Positions 1-12,177 of a stretch of 64,000 bases of DNA are shown here, in pieces. The notes under the pieces are model-generated. The model made no database searches. It saw only the letters and a program-made list of their open reading frames with translations, and was not told where the DNA came from. A program made the translations under genes and the position numbers. The DNA lies in NCBI GenBank assembly GCA_951406725.2, contig OX597841.1:20026001-20090000 (forward strand), in the 5' to 3' direction. Each line of letters starts with the position of its first letter. Positions within the stretch are counted from its first letter, which is position 1. The stretch comes from Octopus vulgaris (Eukaryota).

Positions 1-174
1 GGCTCCCCTCACTGAGATGAGGCTCCACTTGATAGATCAATTGGTTACTGGGTTTAGCTCAATATTCTTCTTAGCCATTACTCATTATCTCATGTTAACT
101 GAATCCAGGGGTTTGCCTTCTCCTCTTCAGCCTCACTATCACTCATGGTGGTATTATGATGAGTTACGCTTAGT

Positions 175-505
175 GGCATGGCTCAGTGGTTAGAGCGTCG
201 AGCTTACGATCGTGAGGTTGTGAGCTCGAATCCTGGACCGGGCTGCGTGTTGTGTTCTTGAGCAAAGCACTTTATTTCACGTTGCTCCAGTTCACTCAGC
301 TGTAGAAATGAGTTGCGACGTCACAGGTGCCAAGCTGTATCGGCCCCTTTGCCTTTCCCTTGGATAACACTGGTGGCGTGGAGAGGGGAGGCCGGTATGC
401 ATGGGCGACTGCTGGTCTTCCATAAACAACCTTGCCCGGACTTGTGTCTAGGAGGGTAACTTTCTAGGTGCAATTCCATGGTCATTCATGACCGAAGGGG
501 GTCTT
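175..505 (+). mobile_element. Full-length tRNA-derived SINE (CORE-like central domain) with 11-bp target-site duplication
   Basis: A-box TGGCTCAGTGG and B-box-like GCTCGAATCC; central TTGAGCAAAGCACTTTATTTCAC...CAGCTG; flanked by identical TTACGCTTAGT at 164-174 and 506-516; diverged second copy at 57168-57500. Confidence 0.88.
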
Positions 506-757
506 TTACGCTTAGTAACAACATTCACCTTTCATTGTGTCCAACGAATCCTCTACATTCGACTTCAATTGAAAAATACTCTGCTTTCCAGCCTGTGTCT
601 TCACATTCCTCAAGGAGGTTTTTATAACAGTTGATCTTTTGAGCCTGAGCAGCATCCAAGTTATCTTCATGAGGAATTGTTAACTTGACTCAATTTACTT
701 TTCTTTCACACCATATCTCGTTTCTTAGTAACTGGAATGGTGAAAAACCATACATAT

Positions 758-985
758 TTGTGTGTGTGTGTGTGTGTGTGTGAGTGTGTGTGCATGTGAG
801 TGTGTGTGTGTGTGATGTGTGTGTGTGTGTGTGTGTGTGATGTGTGTGTGTGTGTGTGTGTGTGTGAGTGTGTGTGTGTATGTTTGTGTTTGTGTTTGCC
901 ACCACTGTTTGACCACTGATGTTGGTTTGTTTACTTCCTTGTAACATAGCAGTTTGGCAAAAGAGACCAATAGAATAAATACCAC
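758..985 (+). repeat. (TG)n microsatellite followed by 3' half of SINE family A
   Basis: TG run 758-880, then diverged match to the family A 3' half (...GGCAAAAGAGACCAATAGAATAA). Confidence 0.7.
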
Positions 986-1435
986 CACCTCTACCCTCAC
1001 CACCCCCACTGCCATCACCACCACCACAAACACCACTACTACTACTACTAACACTACCATTGCCGCCAGCACCACTGCTGCTGCTACTGTACGTGGTACC
1101 ACCACCACTGCCACAACTACTACTACTACTACTACATGTATCTATTCTGTAGATCCTTCAGAAAGATTGAAAACAAAAGTCAAGTCCTCAGGATTTGAAC
1201 CCAAAAAGCAGTCGATAGTCGATGCTGAATAAATATACTTCTGAAAGTCTTGAGGGTCATTCACCTGTTTTCACATTTTTACTGTGGAATATTACTACTG
1301 ATAGTTGTAGTAGTAGTAGTAGTAGTAGTAGTAGAGATAATAAATACCTGGTATGTGTGGACATGTGTGTGTACATCTATGTATGTGAGCAGATGTGGGT
1401 GCATATATGTATGCAAGTATGTACGTATGCATGTA

Positions 1436-1470
<35 letters not shown>

Positions 1471-1472
<2 letters not shown>

Positions 1473-2026
1473 TTATGCATGCCTTTCCTTCCTGTTGGAG
1501 GCAAGTGAAGTCAAAATTGAATTAGAAATCGAACCTCATCCGACGACTGGCATCTCTGCCAACCTCCCTTCATTGGACACTAAACTCTGCTTGTGAAGTC
1601 CTGTTGGAGCAAGTGAAATTGGAATTGAAATCGAACCAATCCTATGACTGGCACCCAGCACTTGCCAGGGCCGCTGGACTGACTCCTGTGCAGGTGGCAA
1701 GTAAAGAAACACCGTTTCGACCCTGTGCTTGAAGAGACCTATTGAGTCAAGTACACCAACATCAAAAATCAATGGAAGTTGTAGTTGTGATCCCTGTGCC
1801 AGTGGCACATAAAAAACACCATTCAAACGTGGCCGTTGCCAGCCTCGCCTGGCACATAAATAGCCCCCACTACATTCACAGAGTGGTTGGTGTTAGGAAG
1901 GGCATCCAGCTGTAAAAACACTGCCAGATCAGACTGGAGCCTGGTGCAGCCTTCTGGCTTCCCAGATCCCCGGTCGAACCGTCCAACCCATGCTAGCATG
2001 GAGAACGGACATTAAACGATGACGAT
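1471..2026 (+). mobile_element. 5'-truncated RTE LINE 3'UTR fragment
   Basis: Matches the 3'UTR of the RTE at 12750-14971 (GTGGCAC..AAAA units, GGAAGGGCATCCAGCTGTA, CCATGCTAGCATGG, GAT tail). Confidence 0.85.
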
Positions 2027-2031
2027 ATATA

Positions 2032-2067
<36 letters not shown>

Positions 2068-2251
2068 TGTATGTATGTATGTATGTATGTATATGTATGT
2101 TTTAGTTTTAGTTGCCAATTCTGTACAAGACATTGTAGATCTTTAGCTGGGCTAAAAAGTCACATTCGATCACAGAACCAATAACAGTTAAGCTTCATGC
2201 AATGGCCATACTCGATAACAAGGGGGCAGCCATCATGTATGCATGTATGTA

Positions 2252-3525
2252 TTAGGTCGTCAAGTATGAAATTTGTAGAAAAGAAAAAAAGTTTGCTAAT
2301 GTTTTATGAATACAAGGAATAGTTTTATTCATTAAAGTATGCACAGATATTGTCAATACACTTTTGTCATTTCAGTGGTAGCTTCTCCAGCCCAGAACTG
2401 TAAAAGCCTGGCAATCTAGAGTCAATAAAATCTTGGAAGGCCTGTTTTACAGCATTGACGTAATTATATGTGTTTCCTATCAAAAAGTTAACCAAATTCC
2501 GGAAGAAGTGGGAGCAAGATTAGGTGAGTATGGTGGATGATGGAGAACTTCCAACTCCAACTCCTGTAGTTTCGCTAATGTCATTTTTGCTACGTTGGGT
2601 CTGGCGTTGTCTTATAATAAAATAAGAGTGAATATGTTGACTAATCTAGGCTGTTTTTTTGTACGTTTCTGCATCATTTGGTCCAGTTGGCTGCAGTATA
2701 TTTCAGCTGTGATTGATGAGCCAGGTTTAAGGAAATCATAATGGATCACAACCTGTGCCAGACCACGAAACACACCCCATCAGCTTCTATTGATGAATTT
2801 GACTTTTTGGACTGTGTTTTGGTGGCTCATCTTTGTCCAGCCATTCTGCTGAACGTTTACAGTTGTTGTATTGGATCCATTTCTCATCACATTACAATTC
2901 GATTAAAAAATGATTCATTTTTGTGACGAGAAAGTAGCATAATGTAGCTTCCAAACGTTGCTGTTTCTAATTTTCATTGAGTTCAGGTGGAAACCACTTA
3001 TTGAGCTTTTTCACTTTACTGATTTGAACTAGGGGAGTCAATATTGTTTGCTTGCTAACACCAAACAACAACGATAATTCACGGGCACTTTGAGATGGAT
3101 CTGACTGGATGGTGGCTTTCAGTTCATCATTAACCACCCTTGTTTCTGGTTGACTGCATTGCTCATTTGTAAAGTCAAAGTTACCAGAATGAAATTTTGC
3201 AAACCAATTTGATACTGTCCACTGTGTTATAACTTTAGAATGAAATAGTCCATTAATATTCCGAGCTGTCTGTGATACTGTATTTCCAAGAAAGAACTCA
3301 TGTTTCAAAACTGTACAAATTTCCAACTTATCCATCTTTAAACAAAAATAGCAAAAAACGATTTGTAAATACTTTATAAAGCACAAGATGAATTAGAATA
3401 AAGAAATAGATGAGTCAGCTTTCAAACAAAAAATAAAGATTGTGAAAATATAATAATAGTGCAAAATAAGCAGCTGTCAAAGTTTACCGTATACTTTACT
3501 ACAAATTTCATACATGACAACCTAA
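2252..3525 (-). mobile_element. Full-length but inactivated mariner transposon (~1.27 kb)
   Basis: TIRs TTAGGTCGTCAAGTATGAAATTTGTAG / CTACAAATTTCATACATGACAACCTAA with TA on both sides; minus-strand transposase with HTH N-terminus, WFPPEL (WVPHEL), CDEKW and HPPYSPNLAP motifs; interrupted by stops/frameshift. Confidence 0.92.
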
Positions 3526-3559
3526 TATATATACCGACATAGATATATATGTGTGTTTG

Positions 3560-3629
<70 letters not shown>

Positions 3630-4164
3630 TGTATGTATGTATATATATATACACACACAGATATATGTATATGTATACATTCAGATAGATAGTTGAATAT
3701 ACATATAAACACATATATCCTCTGTATATATGCATATATATACACATATATCTGTATATATGCATATATGTGTATATTTATATATGTATCATCATCATCA
3801 TCATCATCGTTTAGCGTCCGTTTTCCATGCTAGCATGGGTTAATAATAATAATAATAATAATAATAGGGAATATGATTCCAAACTTACAGGGAAAATTCA
3901 ATTTAGTAATACTAAATCAAATTTCACAGTATATAATATATGTATATAAACATAGGCCTATGTTTTTATGGTTTAGATTCAGTTTTAAAAACAGATTTTC
4001 TTAGATAAGTCGTGAATTTCTTTCTAAATAATATTGTTGAATTTTGTTTGATTGTTATTGTAAAAATATTGATTTCTATATTGTTATTTGTTAATTATAA
4101 GTTATAATACATATATTTATTTACTTATCATTATTATTGTTGTTATTATCTTGTGAACTATTAC

Positions 4165-4480
4165 AACCGTGGAGAATGGCGACGTACAGTAAAAGAGGGA
4201 ATACAAAGGAGTGACAGAGAGAGAGAGAGAGGAGAAATGGAAAGAAAGGAAGAGACGTAAACAAGAGACCATGGCACTACAACCAGCCAGGAACAGTCTT
4301 CGCTACATTTGCAGTACCTGCCAGAGGGAGTGTTTGTCCAGGATAGGACTACACAGCCACAGCAGGAAATGTATCAGGAAATAAAATATAACAGCCGGAC
4401 TAGACCTAGAAAAAAAAAAAAAAAAATGCGCAACTCCATTGTCTCCCGAGACAGAAAGATTGCCAATACAATACATTGTG
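4165..4480 (+). mobile_element. 3' fragment of a second RTE-clade LINE (C-terminal zinc finger and 3'UTR)
   Basis: Translates to ...YICSTCQRECLSRIGLHSHSRKC, a C2H2-like C-terminus typical of RTE ORFs; similar motif at ~55700-55780. Confidence 0.7.
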
Positions 4481-5206
4481 AAATAGATTTGTAACACAAA
4501 ATACTATCGAATCGGTAGTAATTTTTTATTTGTTATGTAATATTGCATTTAAGTAAATATTTTTAATAATAATAGAAACTTTGGTTAATTCTATAAATGA
4601 GTGAAATATTAAATCTATGCATAAATTGAATTAATTATATAAAGTTTAACTAATTTGTCTGTGTATATTTGAACCATTTTCTATTTCTAATTCTTGTAGT
4701 TATAGTCTGTAGTAGTATTATGAATATCGGTTAGCATGAAGCCTTTTAGTATATATTATGTAATTAGAATTCGTTTAAACTTAGATGTTTATTAAATAAA
4801 TACATAATTAAATAATTTAATGGATATAGATTAAATTACAGTATTCTTCACTTAATGTATATTATATATTTTATATATATGTTTTGTTTTAGATAATTTT
4901 CCTGTAATGATATACTATAGTATGTTATTTTTTCTTCTATGAGCTAAAATATATTTTCATAGATAAAATAAATATTTCTATCTATTTAAATTCTTTGTCT
5001 CCATCCAACCAAAAATAAAATCCCCCTCCCCACTGACAGATCTAAATAACAAAGTGAAAAAGTCTACAGTCAGAGAGTGAATTTACTACTATCGTGTTCT
5101 TAAGAATGAAATCAACCTCTCTGTCTATATATCTACCCTCTTTATAATGTTGGCAAACGAAATAGGGATAAGAATGTGCATTGTCCGTTTGATTGGAAAA
5201 TTCTAT

Positions 5207-5296
5207 ATGTGGCTGAAGATTGCTCAACATTTTAAAACTGATGTAATACTTAAAGTGTTTAATAAAATGAAGTAGCATGAAACCATCGTACCACAT
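5207..5296 (+). ncRNA. Type I hammerhead ribozyme motif (long stem II) in a Penelope-like terminus
   Basis: ATGTGG-CTGAAGA-TTGCT...AGCAT-GAAA-CCATCG-TA-CCACAT; stem I ATGTGG/CCACAT; homologs at 22413-22495 and 39912-39997. Confidence 0.75.
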
Positions 5297-5338
5297 TACC
5301 TCGGATATACTTTTTGCTTATATATATATATATATATA

Positions 5339-5511
5339 GGCATAGGAGTGGCTGTGTGGTAAGTAGCTTGTTTACCAGCCACATGGTTCCAGGTTCAGTC
5401 CCACTGCATGGCACCTTGGGCAAGTGTCTTCTACTATAGCCTCAGGTCGACCAAAGCCTTGTGAGTGGATTTGGTAGACAGAAACTAAAAAAAAGCCCAT
5501 CGTATATATGT

Positions 5512-5573
<62 letters not shown>

Positions 5574-5805
5574 ATGTGTGTATATATGTTTGTGTGTCTG
5601 TGTTTGTCCCCGCAACATTTGCTTGACACCCAAAGCTGGTGTGCTTATGTCACCATAACTTAGCAGTTCGGCAAAAGAGACCGATCGAATAAGTACGAAG
5701 CTTACAAAGAATAAGTCCTGGGGTTGATTTGCTCGACTAAAGGCGGTGCTCCAGCATGGCCACAGTCAGATGACTGAAACAAGTAAAAGTGTAAAAGAGA
5801 AAAGA
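5339..5805 (+). mobile_element. Full-length tRNA-derived SINE family A (internal TG microsatellite, LINE-like tail)
   Basis: Head GGAGTGGCTGTGTGGTAAG...GGTTCAGTCCC, internal (TG)n, tail GGCGGTGCTCCAGCATGGCCACAGTCAGATGACTGAAAC; more than 15 copies or fragments in the window. Confidence 0.9.
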
Positions 5806-5814
5806 GTATATATA

Positions 5815-6003
5815 TATTTATTTGCCATGGTAGATCCCTAGCCACAACACATTCTTTATTTTCTTTCCCTTTTTCTTTCTGTGGAAGAGCATAGACTCGA
5901 AACATTAAAGACTTTTTCACTTCCCAAGCATTAAACTAATACATCTGTTTGTTGTCTACACCACCTGTCTTTGTCTTTTGTTTTTTTTGTGAAGTCTCTC
6001 CCT
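5815..6003 (+). mobile_element. Short Penelope-like terminal fragment with degenerate minimal hammerhead (5874-5912)
   Basis: TCTTT-CTGTGGAA-GAGCATAGACTC-GAAACATT-AAAGA; homologous to 63496-63662; ends at (TA)n. Confidence 0.6.
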
Positions 6004-6053
6004 ATATATTTATATATATATAAAAAAAGGAAATATATATATATATATATATA

Positions 6054-6272
6054 AAAATAAATATAAGAGAGTGGTCACTATATGGCTCACTCTAGCACCA
6101 GTTAATCCAAAAGGTTTCAACCACAAAAATACATGTTTCCCATGAAAGTCAGTACGATTGTTAGCTCATCGTACTGACTTTCATGGGAAACATGTATTTT
6201 TGTGGTTGAAACCTTTTGGATTTACTAGTGCTAGAGTGAGCCACATAGTGACCACTCTCTTATATTTATTTT
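6054..6272. repeat. Near-perfect ~105-bp inverted repeat with 9-nt loop
   Basis: 6054-6158 is the reverse complement of 6168-6272 with few mismatches. Confidence 0.95.
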
Positions 6273-6417
6273 GTAAAAATATTATAATATATTATAAAAT
6301 ATTATAATAATCCAGGTTTCTCGGCGCACTGGGCCACTTGGTGTTGAATAGGTATACTATTAAATTAGTATCTAATTCTCTCACCCTTATTAATTAATTA
6401 TATATATATATATATAA

Positions 6418-6624
6418 AGTTAATCCAAACAAGAAAGCACAAAAAAACACAACAACGCGAGGACGTGGAACAAATATAGTATTATTGGACACTCAGGAAA
6501 GAAGGAAAGAAGGAGGGTTTAACGTTTCGAGCGGAGCTCCTTGTCGGAAACATAGGAGAAATAAAGATCCAGAGAACAGAAGACAGAGGAAAAAAAATTG
6601 CCAACGGTACACACGAGGTCACAT
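6418..6624 (-). mobile_element. Short Penelope-like terminal element with mutated minimal hammerhead (6517-6551)
   Basis: Minus strand GTTT-CCGACAA-G-GAGCTCCGCTC-GAAACGTT-AAAC; homologous copy with intact core at 57616-57808. Confidence 0.7.
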
Positions 6625-6884
6625 ATATACATACATACATACATACACACATACATACATACATACACACACACATACACACACACACACACACACACAT
6701 GGAAATGATGGGATAGTAGGGTGGAGAAGAGGAGCTTGTAGGTCACCTAATTCAATTTTTGATTATCAACAACCTTTGTACCAGAGACTTGGCTGTTTAC
6801 TAATGCACAAACATTACTACTACTACTACTACTACTACTGCTACTACTACTCTCAGCTACTACTACAACTACAACTACTACTAT

Positions 6885-6915
<31 letters not shown>

Positions 6916-6916
6916 G

Positions 6917-7506
6917 CAGTCCTTCATCTCCATGACCAAAGCAGGCACAACAGAACCACAACTCAATCAAGATCATGCTCATTGTTTTTTCGACATAACT
7001 GGTATTGTGCATCGAGAATTCGTCCCTGAGGACCAGATCGTTGAGCAAGAGTTCTGCTGTTTTGAAGCAGTTGACGGAGGAAATTTGGTGAAAGCAACCA
7101 GAGATGCGGAGCACAAACAACTGGATTGATCACAGAGACAATGCACCATCACCAAACTCTCCTCACTTGCGAGTTTCTTACTAAAACCAACATGGCATCA
7201 CTTCCACACCTGTCCTATTCACCAGGTTTAGCACCTGCAGACTTCCATCTCTTCCCCAAGAAGAAAAGGCAGCTCAAAGGTCAACAGTTTAACATTGTTG
7301 TTGAGATCCAGAACAAATTGCAGAAGGTCCTCAACTCACTTACCGAAAACGACTTCCAAGATAGATTCCAAGAGTAGTAAGACCACTGGGACCAGTGTAT
7401 TGCTGTGCAAGGAGACTATTTCGAAGGAGATGAGGTTAAAACTATATTTGAATAAGTTATTTTTTATTCACTGTGTCAAGTCCAGGAAAATTTTGGTACC
7501 ACTTTG
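6917..7506 (+). mobile_element. 3' half of a second mariner-family transposon (pseudogene)
   Basis: FFDITGIVHREFVPEDQ, HLSYSPGLAPADFHLFPK and DYFEGD motifs spread over shifting frames. Confidence 0.85.
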
Positions 7507-7542
7507 TTTGTATGTATGCATGTATGTATATATATATGTATA

Positions 7543-8103
7543 TGTCAGGTCGCTTTCGAGTGCTACTGGTAACATGTAACCCAGTACAACCTATTACATG
7601 GTTGGGTCATCAGCAACTAAATCGGCAACCCCACCAAGTTTGCTTGGTGAGGAGGGTGTTTATTGGACACCCTGCGGGATGAAAAACAAAACCCGTCAAA
7701 GAGCGGAGGAACTCTTGAGAGTCAACGGCCATCCAATAAATAAATGTCTTAAGGCTGTATCATACGCGGGGACATAGAAATAATCGGACTGAATACCCAA
7801 TCGCACGGTTAAACCATTGGGAGGGAAGGACTCCTAGCCTTTGTTAGGGCATCCTTCTAGGAGAAGGTAACTCAGGTAACTGGGATAACTCCGACATAAA
7901 ACCTGCGGCTCAGTGGTTACCGATGATGTTGACTTGTTCTTCTTTTCGGATTATGGCTGCTGTTGCTTAGTGAGTGGGATTGACTCAGTGCACAGCCTTT
8001 CCTCACTTTAAAAAAAAATCTTCTTGCACAGGCATTGCACGATAACAACATTGATTAAGCTTCGTGCAATGGCCATACTCGATAACAAGGGGGTAGCCAC
8101 CAT
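7543..8103 (+). mobile_element. Non-coding interspersed repeat, probably a non-autonomous RTE derivative
   Basis: 3' end recurs at ~2188-2235 and 5' part at ~29510-29700; contains CTAGGAGAAGGTAACTC resembling an RTE 5'UTR motif; no ORF. Confidence 0.55.
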
Positions 8104-8160
8104 GTATATATGTATGTATGCCCGTATGCAAGAATGTATGCTTGTATGTATGTATGTATA

Positions 8161-8670
8161 CTGTAAATCCTCGAGTATAATCCGCATTTTTTCCTAAAAT
8201 TTAAAGGTCAAAATCCCTAGTGCGTACTATATACGAGGTTTAAAATGAAAATTATTTTCTAAGCAATGTCCGAGTCTCTATTTGCTGTCCGGCAATGTTT
8301 ATTCAGACGCATTTCGTGATGTTGGGCGTGAAAATACCTTAAGCTAAGCCTGAAAGCAATGAAGTCATAAAAGAATCATCCATAACTTGCAGTAAGCAAC
8401 ATTTATTAAACGTTATTACTGTTATTTCTTTATTTTCTGCAAACAAAATGCACAAAAAAGCTACACGTTTGCATTATGTTATATATACAATAATAATAAA
8501 GGACGTTACCATATACACTTTTACAAACCAAGGACGTTATATAGACCTCCTTGACTCAAGTTAGAGAAGGGATAAGTATTATACATAAGGTTTTGGTTTT
8601 TCAGAGGTACAGCTCCTAAAACTCCCCTGTATATTATACTCAAGGGTGGACTATACTCGAGGATTTACAG
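8161..8670. mobile_element. Tc1/mariner-pogo superfamily MITE (510 bp)
   Basis: TIRs CTGTAAATCCTCGAGTATAATCC / GGACTATACTCGAGGATTTACAG with TA at 8159-8160 and 8671-8672; subterminal copies of the TIR motif. Confidence 0.88.
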
Positions 8671-9457
8671 TATACGTATGCATGTATGTATATATTTAAG
8701 TATGGAAGTATGCATGCATGTATATATGTATGTATACAAGCATACATGCAATGTATGTATATTTTGGTGGGAATGTCCCATCAGTATTCCTTGTGCTGGT
8801 ATTTGTGTACAGATTCAATAAGAGGAAGATTCTCTCTCTTTATTCCAGGACAGTTTTTTTGTTTGAATGCATATTGCTTTTGCAACACTATGCAATTGCA
8901 CAGGGAGTGAGCATCTCCGTGAGTTTTTGACCAGCTGCCAATCAATTGTGTAATGTCTTCCACGGAACATAATCTATATTTCCAGTCCCATCTTGCATTT
9001 CCAAGGGCTCCGCTATCTCTTTTGTTGATAACATATCAAGTAGCCCTTTCCTGTTCTTGGATTGCAAATGCCTTCAAAGTGTGATGTGATGTAGCAATCA
9101 TGAGTCCAAGAGAAGCTTCTCTTCATGTCAATATTACTGTATGTTCTCTCTCAAAAACTGCATCAATGCCACTACATGCACCGAAAAGATATTACTGTCT
9201 TCTCCAAGTCTTCAGGTAACATACGCATGCATAGAATTCTGGTAGGCTGAGCATTTTACATCTGTGAGTCCAGCTGTTTTGGAGTTGTAAAAGAGGTCAT
9301 AAGGAAAAATGCACTTTGGGAGAAGCTCACTGCCCACATGTAGGATATTGTTCTCTTTCCTTTTCGGCACAAAGTTAAAGTATTTATTTTTGCTGATGTT
9401 GTTTAGCAAGTGCTGCCTGAGAGAGACTGTACATTTGAAAGCTGTCTCTATTGATCA

Positions 9458-9830
9458 CATAAAAAGCACCCACTACACTCTCGGAGTGGTTGGCATTAGG
9501 AAGGGCATCCAGCTGTAGAAACACTGCCAGATCAGACTGGGCCTGGTGCAGCCATCTGGCTTCCCAGACCCCGGTTGAACCGTCCAACCCATGCTAGCAC
9601 GGAAAACGGACGTGAAACGATGATGATGATGATGATATAGGAGTGGCTGAGTGGTAAGAAGCTTCCTTCCCAACCACATGGTTCTTGTACTCTAGCCTCA
9701 GGCCAACCAGAGCCTTGTCAGTGGATTTGGTAGACGGAAACTGAAAGAAGCCCATCAAATATACATGTATGTATCTGTATGTCTGTGTTTGTCTCCACAC
9801 CATTGCTTAACAACCGATATTAATGTGTTT
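9458..9830 (+). mobile_element. RTE 3' end (9458-9635) followed by internally deleted SINE family A
   Basis: AAAAGCACCCACTACACTC...(GAT)n, then GGAGTGGCTGAGTGGTAAG SINE head. Confidence 0.8.
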
Positions 9831-10029
9831 TCTAGTCCAAAGACAAATGTAACTCGCCCCCTCTGGGAGATAGAGATCTGTTACAGCCATTGGTCATTCG
9901 GTCATCATAGAATAAAAAGTCCTGTGTTAGTGAGGATGTGTTATCTCCCCAAAACCAGTTATTTGTGGACCTGGAGAGGTGAATAAAGGATCTATCCCTT
10001 GGGCTGCTATTGAATCATAAGGACTCTTC

Positions 10030-10350
10030 CAGGTTTAGTCAGGTAGCGCTTGGAATGAATGCATGGTGTGAAGATTTCTTGGTGAGTATTCAGTGACCCA
10101 GGTTTCATGGAGTCTTTGAATATCTTAGCTCACCCAGCCATGCAGAGCTTGTAGCATACGCTCCTGTTGATGTGGGGTCTCAGTTGTTCTAAGATCTTCC
10201 ACCTGATATCATACGGGGGTCCCTTCATCTTTGCGGTGCCACACATGGCTGACCAGGAATGTAATGAATTGTCTTTCTGGGACCCTGAAGGAGGACCTGT
10301 GGTTGTACAAGCGTCACTTGAATGCCATACCAGCTGATCTGATGTATTCC
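10030..10350 (-). pseudogene. Penelope-like element GIY-YIG endonuclease remnant
   Basis: Minus strand reads EYIRSAGMAFK*RLYNHRSSF...SHVWH..., then YDIRWKILEQ...CYKLC...LNTHQEIFTPCIHSKRYL, the PLE GIY-YIG C-terminal pattern. Confidence 0.72.
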
Positions 10351-10837
10351 TAAGGCTTGGGCATTGGTTGTGTTCACACTGCTGGTGCCTCTCCTGTTGG
10401 CCCGGGACCTGTGGATGTTGTTGTTGTTGTTGGGGCTGCTGTCAGTGCTGTTATCATTACACTGCACATGTCCGGCAATGCCACTGTGGCTATCATTGCT
10501 GTGGTTGTCATCGTTGTAGGCATCCTTGGCTGCTATAGATTTGTCACCAGTGGTGATGTCAGTCCTGTTGATGGTAATGTTGGGTGTATCTATTTATTTA
10601 TATATGTGGATGGATCTAAATATATATGAATGAGTGAATAAAGAACTGTACATGGTAGATAAACATGATAGAGATAGTGACCAAATTTCCTCGGAAAATG
10701 AAGAATGCATTGAACAAAATAGTCTTAGTGTGTGATTAAGACATGAGAGTCATGCATGGAATGCCTTTCACATTAAGTCTTATTAAGGAAAGAAATGGGT
10801 GGGAGCAACAACAGTGTTGCCATCTTCTTCCTCTTCC

Positions 10838-10904
<67 letters not shown>

Positions 10905-11040
10905 TATCATTATCATCACTGCAACCACCACCACCTTCACTACCATTGCCTTCACCACCACAACCTTCACCACCACCAACAACAACACCACAACTACAAC
11001 CACCACCACCATTAACAACAACAACACTAATAACGCAACT
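10838..11040. repeat. (CAT)n / (CAC)n / (CAA)n compound trinucleotide repeat
   Basis: Direct inspection; explains the poly-H/S/I/D ORFs. Confidence 0.95.
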
Positions 11041-11525
11041 ACTACAACGGAAAGGCCCCACCACCACCACAGGTAAGTAGTACCACCACCACAGGTAAGT
11101 AGTACCACCACCACCACCTGTGCTACAACTGCTATGAACTGCAGTAAGATAAGACTTCCAGCCAAACCCTACAAGTAAATGTCACAGTCAGACTTTGAAC
11201 CGAAACAAGGAGTCAGGGTGGAAGGGTGGATTAGATGGGTGGTGTACGATTATTCACCTTTCTGTTTAGAGCAGGTACTAAATTCATTGCGTGCGTGTCC
11301 GTGTGTGTGTGTGTGTGTGTGTCCGTGTGCGTGTGTGTGCATGTGGGCGTGCGTGTGTGTGTCTGTGTCTGTGTGTATTGGTATGTTCTCATACATACAC
11401 AGATATGAATAGATAATTACACACACATACATATAATAGATACCTTAGATACCAATCTATCTTGATATATATATATATACACAAACATATACACACGCAC
11501 ACACACACATATACATATATATATA

Positions 11526-11906
11526 CTAGCAGTATCGCCCGGCGTTGCTCAGGTTTGTAAGGGAAATAACTATAAAGCATTTTTAGAGAGTTATAGCCAA
11601 AAAATAGCAAAAAAATGGAAAAAAAATGATGGTAAATTTTTTTGAGAGTTAAAGGTAGAGTTGCGTCCCCTAGACGGTCTGTGGTTTGGGTTTCTAATTC
11701 TCGACCCCATGTCGAATTTATCGATTTTTTTCAGAACTGGGGGAACTTTTCAAAATTTTCTCTGCGTTAGTTTTGAATTATGACATTGGGCTATGTGTGT
11801 GTCAAGTTTCATCAGAATCGGTTGAAAGCCGTGGTCAGGGTGAGGGTACGAGAAAACAGACACACAGAAACACGCACAGACAAACTGCCGTTTATATAGA
11901 GAGAGA
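11526..11906 (-). mobile_element. Non-autonomous Helitron-like element
   Basis: Minus strand starts TC (TCTCTCTATATAAACGGC) and ends with a GC-rich hairpin (GAGCAACGCCGGGCG) then CTAG; sits at an A|T junction; no TIR or TSD. Confidence 0.72.
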
Positions 11907-11919
11907 TATATATGTGTTT

Positions 11920-12138
11920 TTCTATTACTTGTTTCAGCCATTTCGACTGTGGCCATGCAGGAGCACCACCTTTTAATTGAAGAAATCGACCCCTGGACTT
12001 ATTCTTTGTAAGCCTGGTATTTATTCTACCAGTCTCCCTTGCTGAACCACTAAGTTTAAAGGATGTAAGCACACGAACATCAGTTGTCAAGCGATAGTGA
12101 GAGGACAAGCACAGACAGAAACACACAGATATATACAT

Positions 12139-12177
<39 letters not shown>

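Noticed and set aside
175-245. tRNA gene
   Set aside because: Only the A/B boxes are tRNA-like; there is no full cloverleaf, and it continues into a SINE body flanked by a TSD.
690-1600. Many short ORFs with [12 protein letters not shown] or poly-T/V/S runs (here and throughout the window)
   Set aside because: Translations of microsatellites with no domain signal.
8930-9420. Coding-like minus-strand segment (..KNRKGLLDMLSTKEIAEPLE..)
   Set aside because: Multiple stops and no family motif I can recognise; probably an old TE but cannot be assigned.
9860-9915. Minus-strand hammerhead-like remnant downstream of the GIY-YIG fragment
   Set aside because: Both core halves are mutated (ATGATGA, GTAA) and stem I is not recoverable; position is suggestive but support is insufficient.
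11062-11115. Duplicated perfect splice donor CAG|GTAAGT
   Set aside because: Part of a 21-bp tandem duplication in a low-complexity tract with no plausible upstream acceptor or exon.
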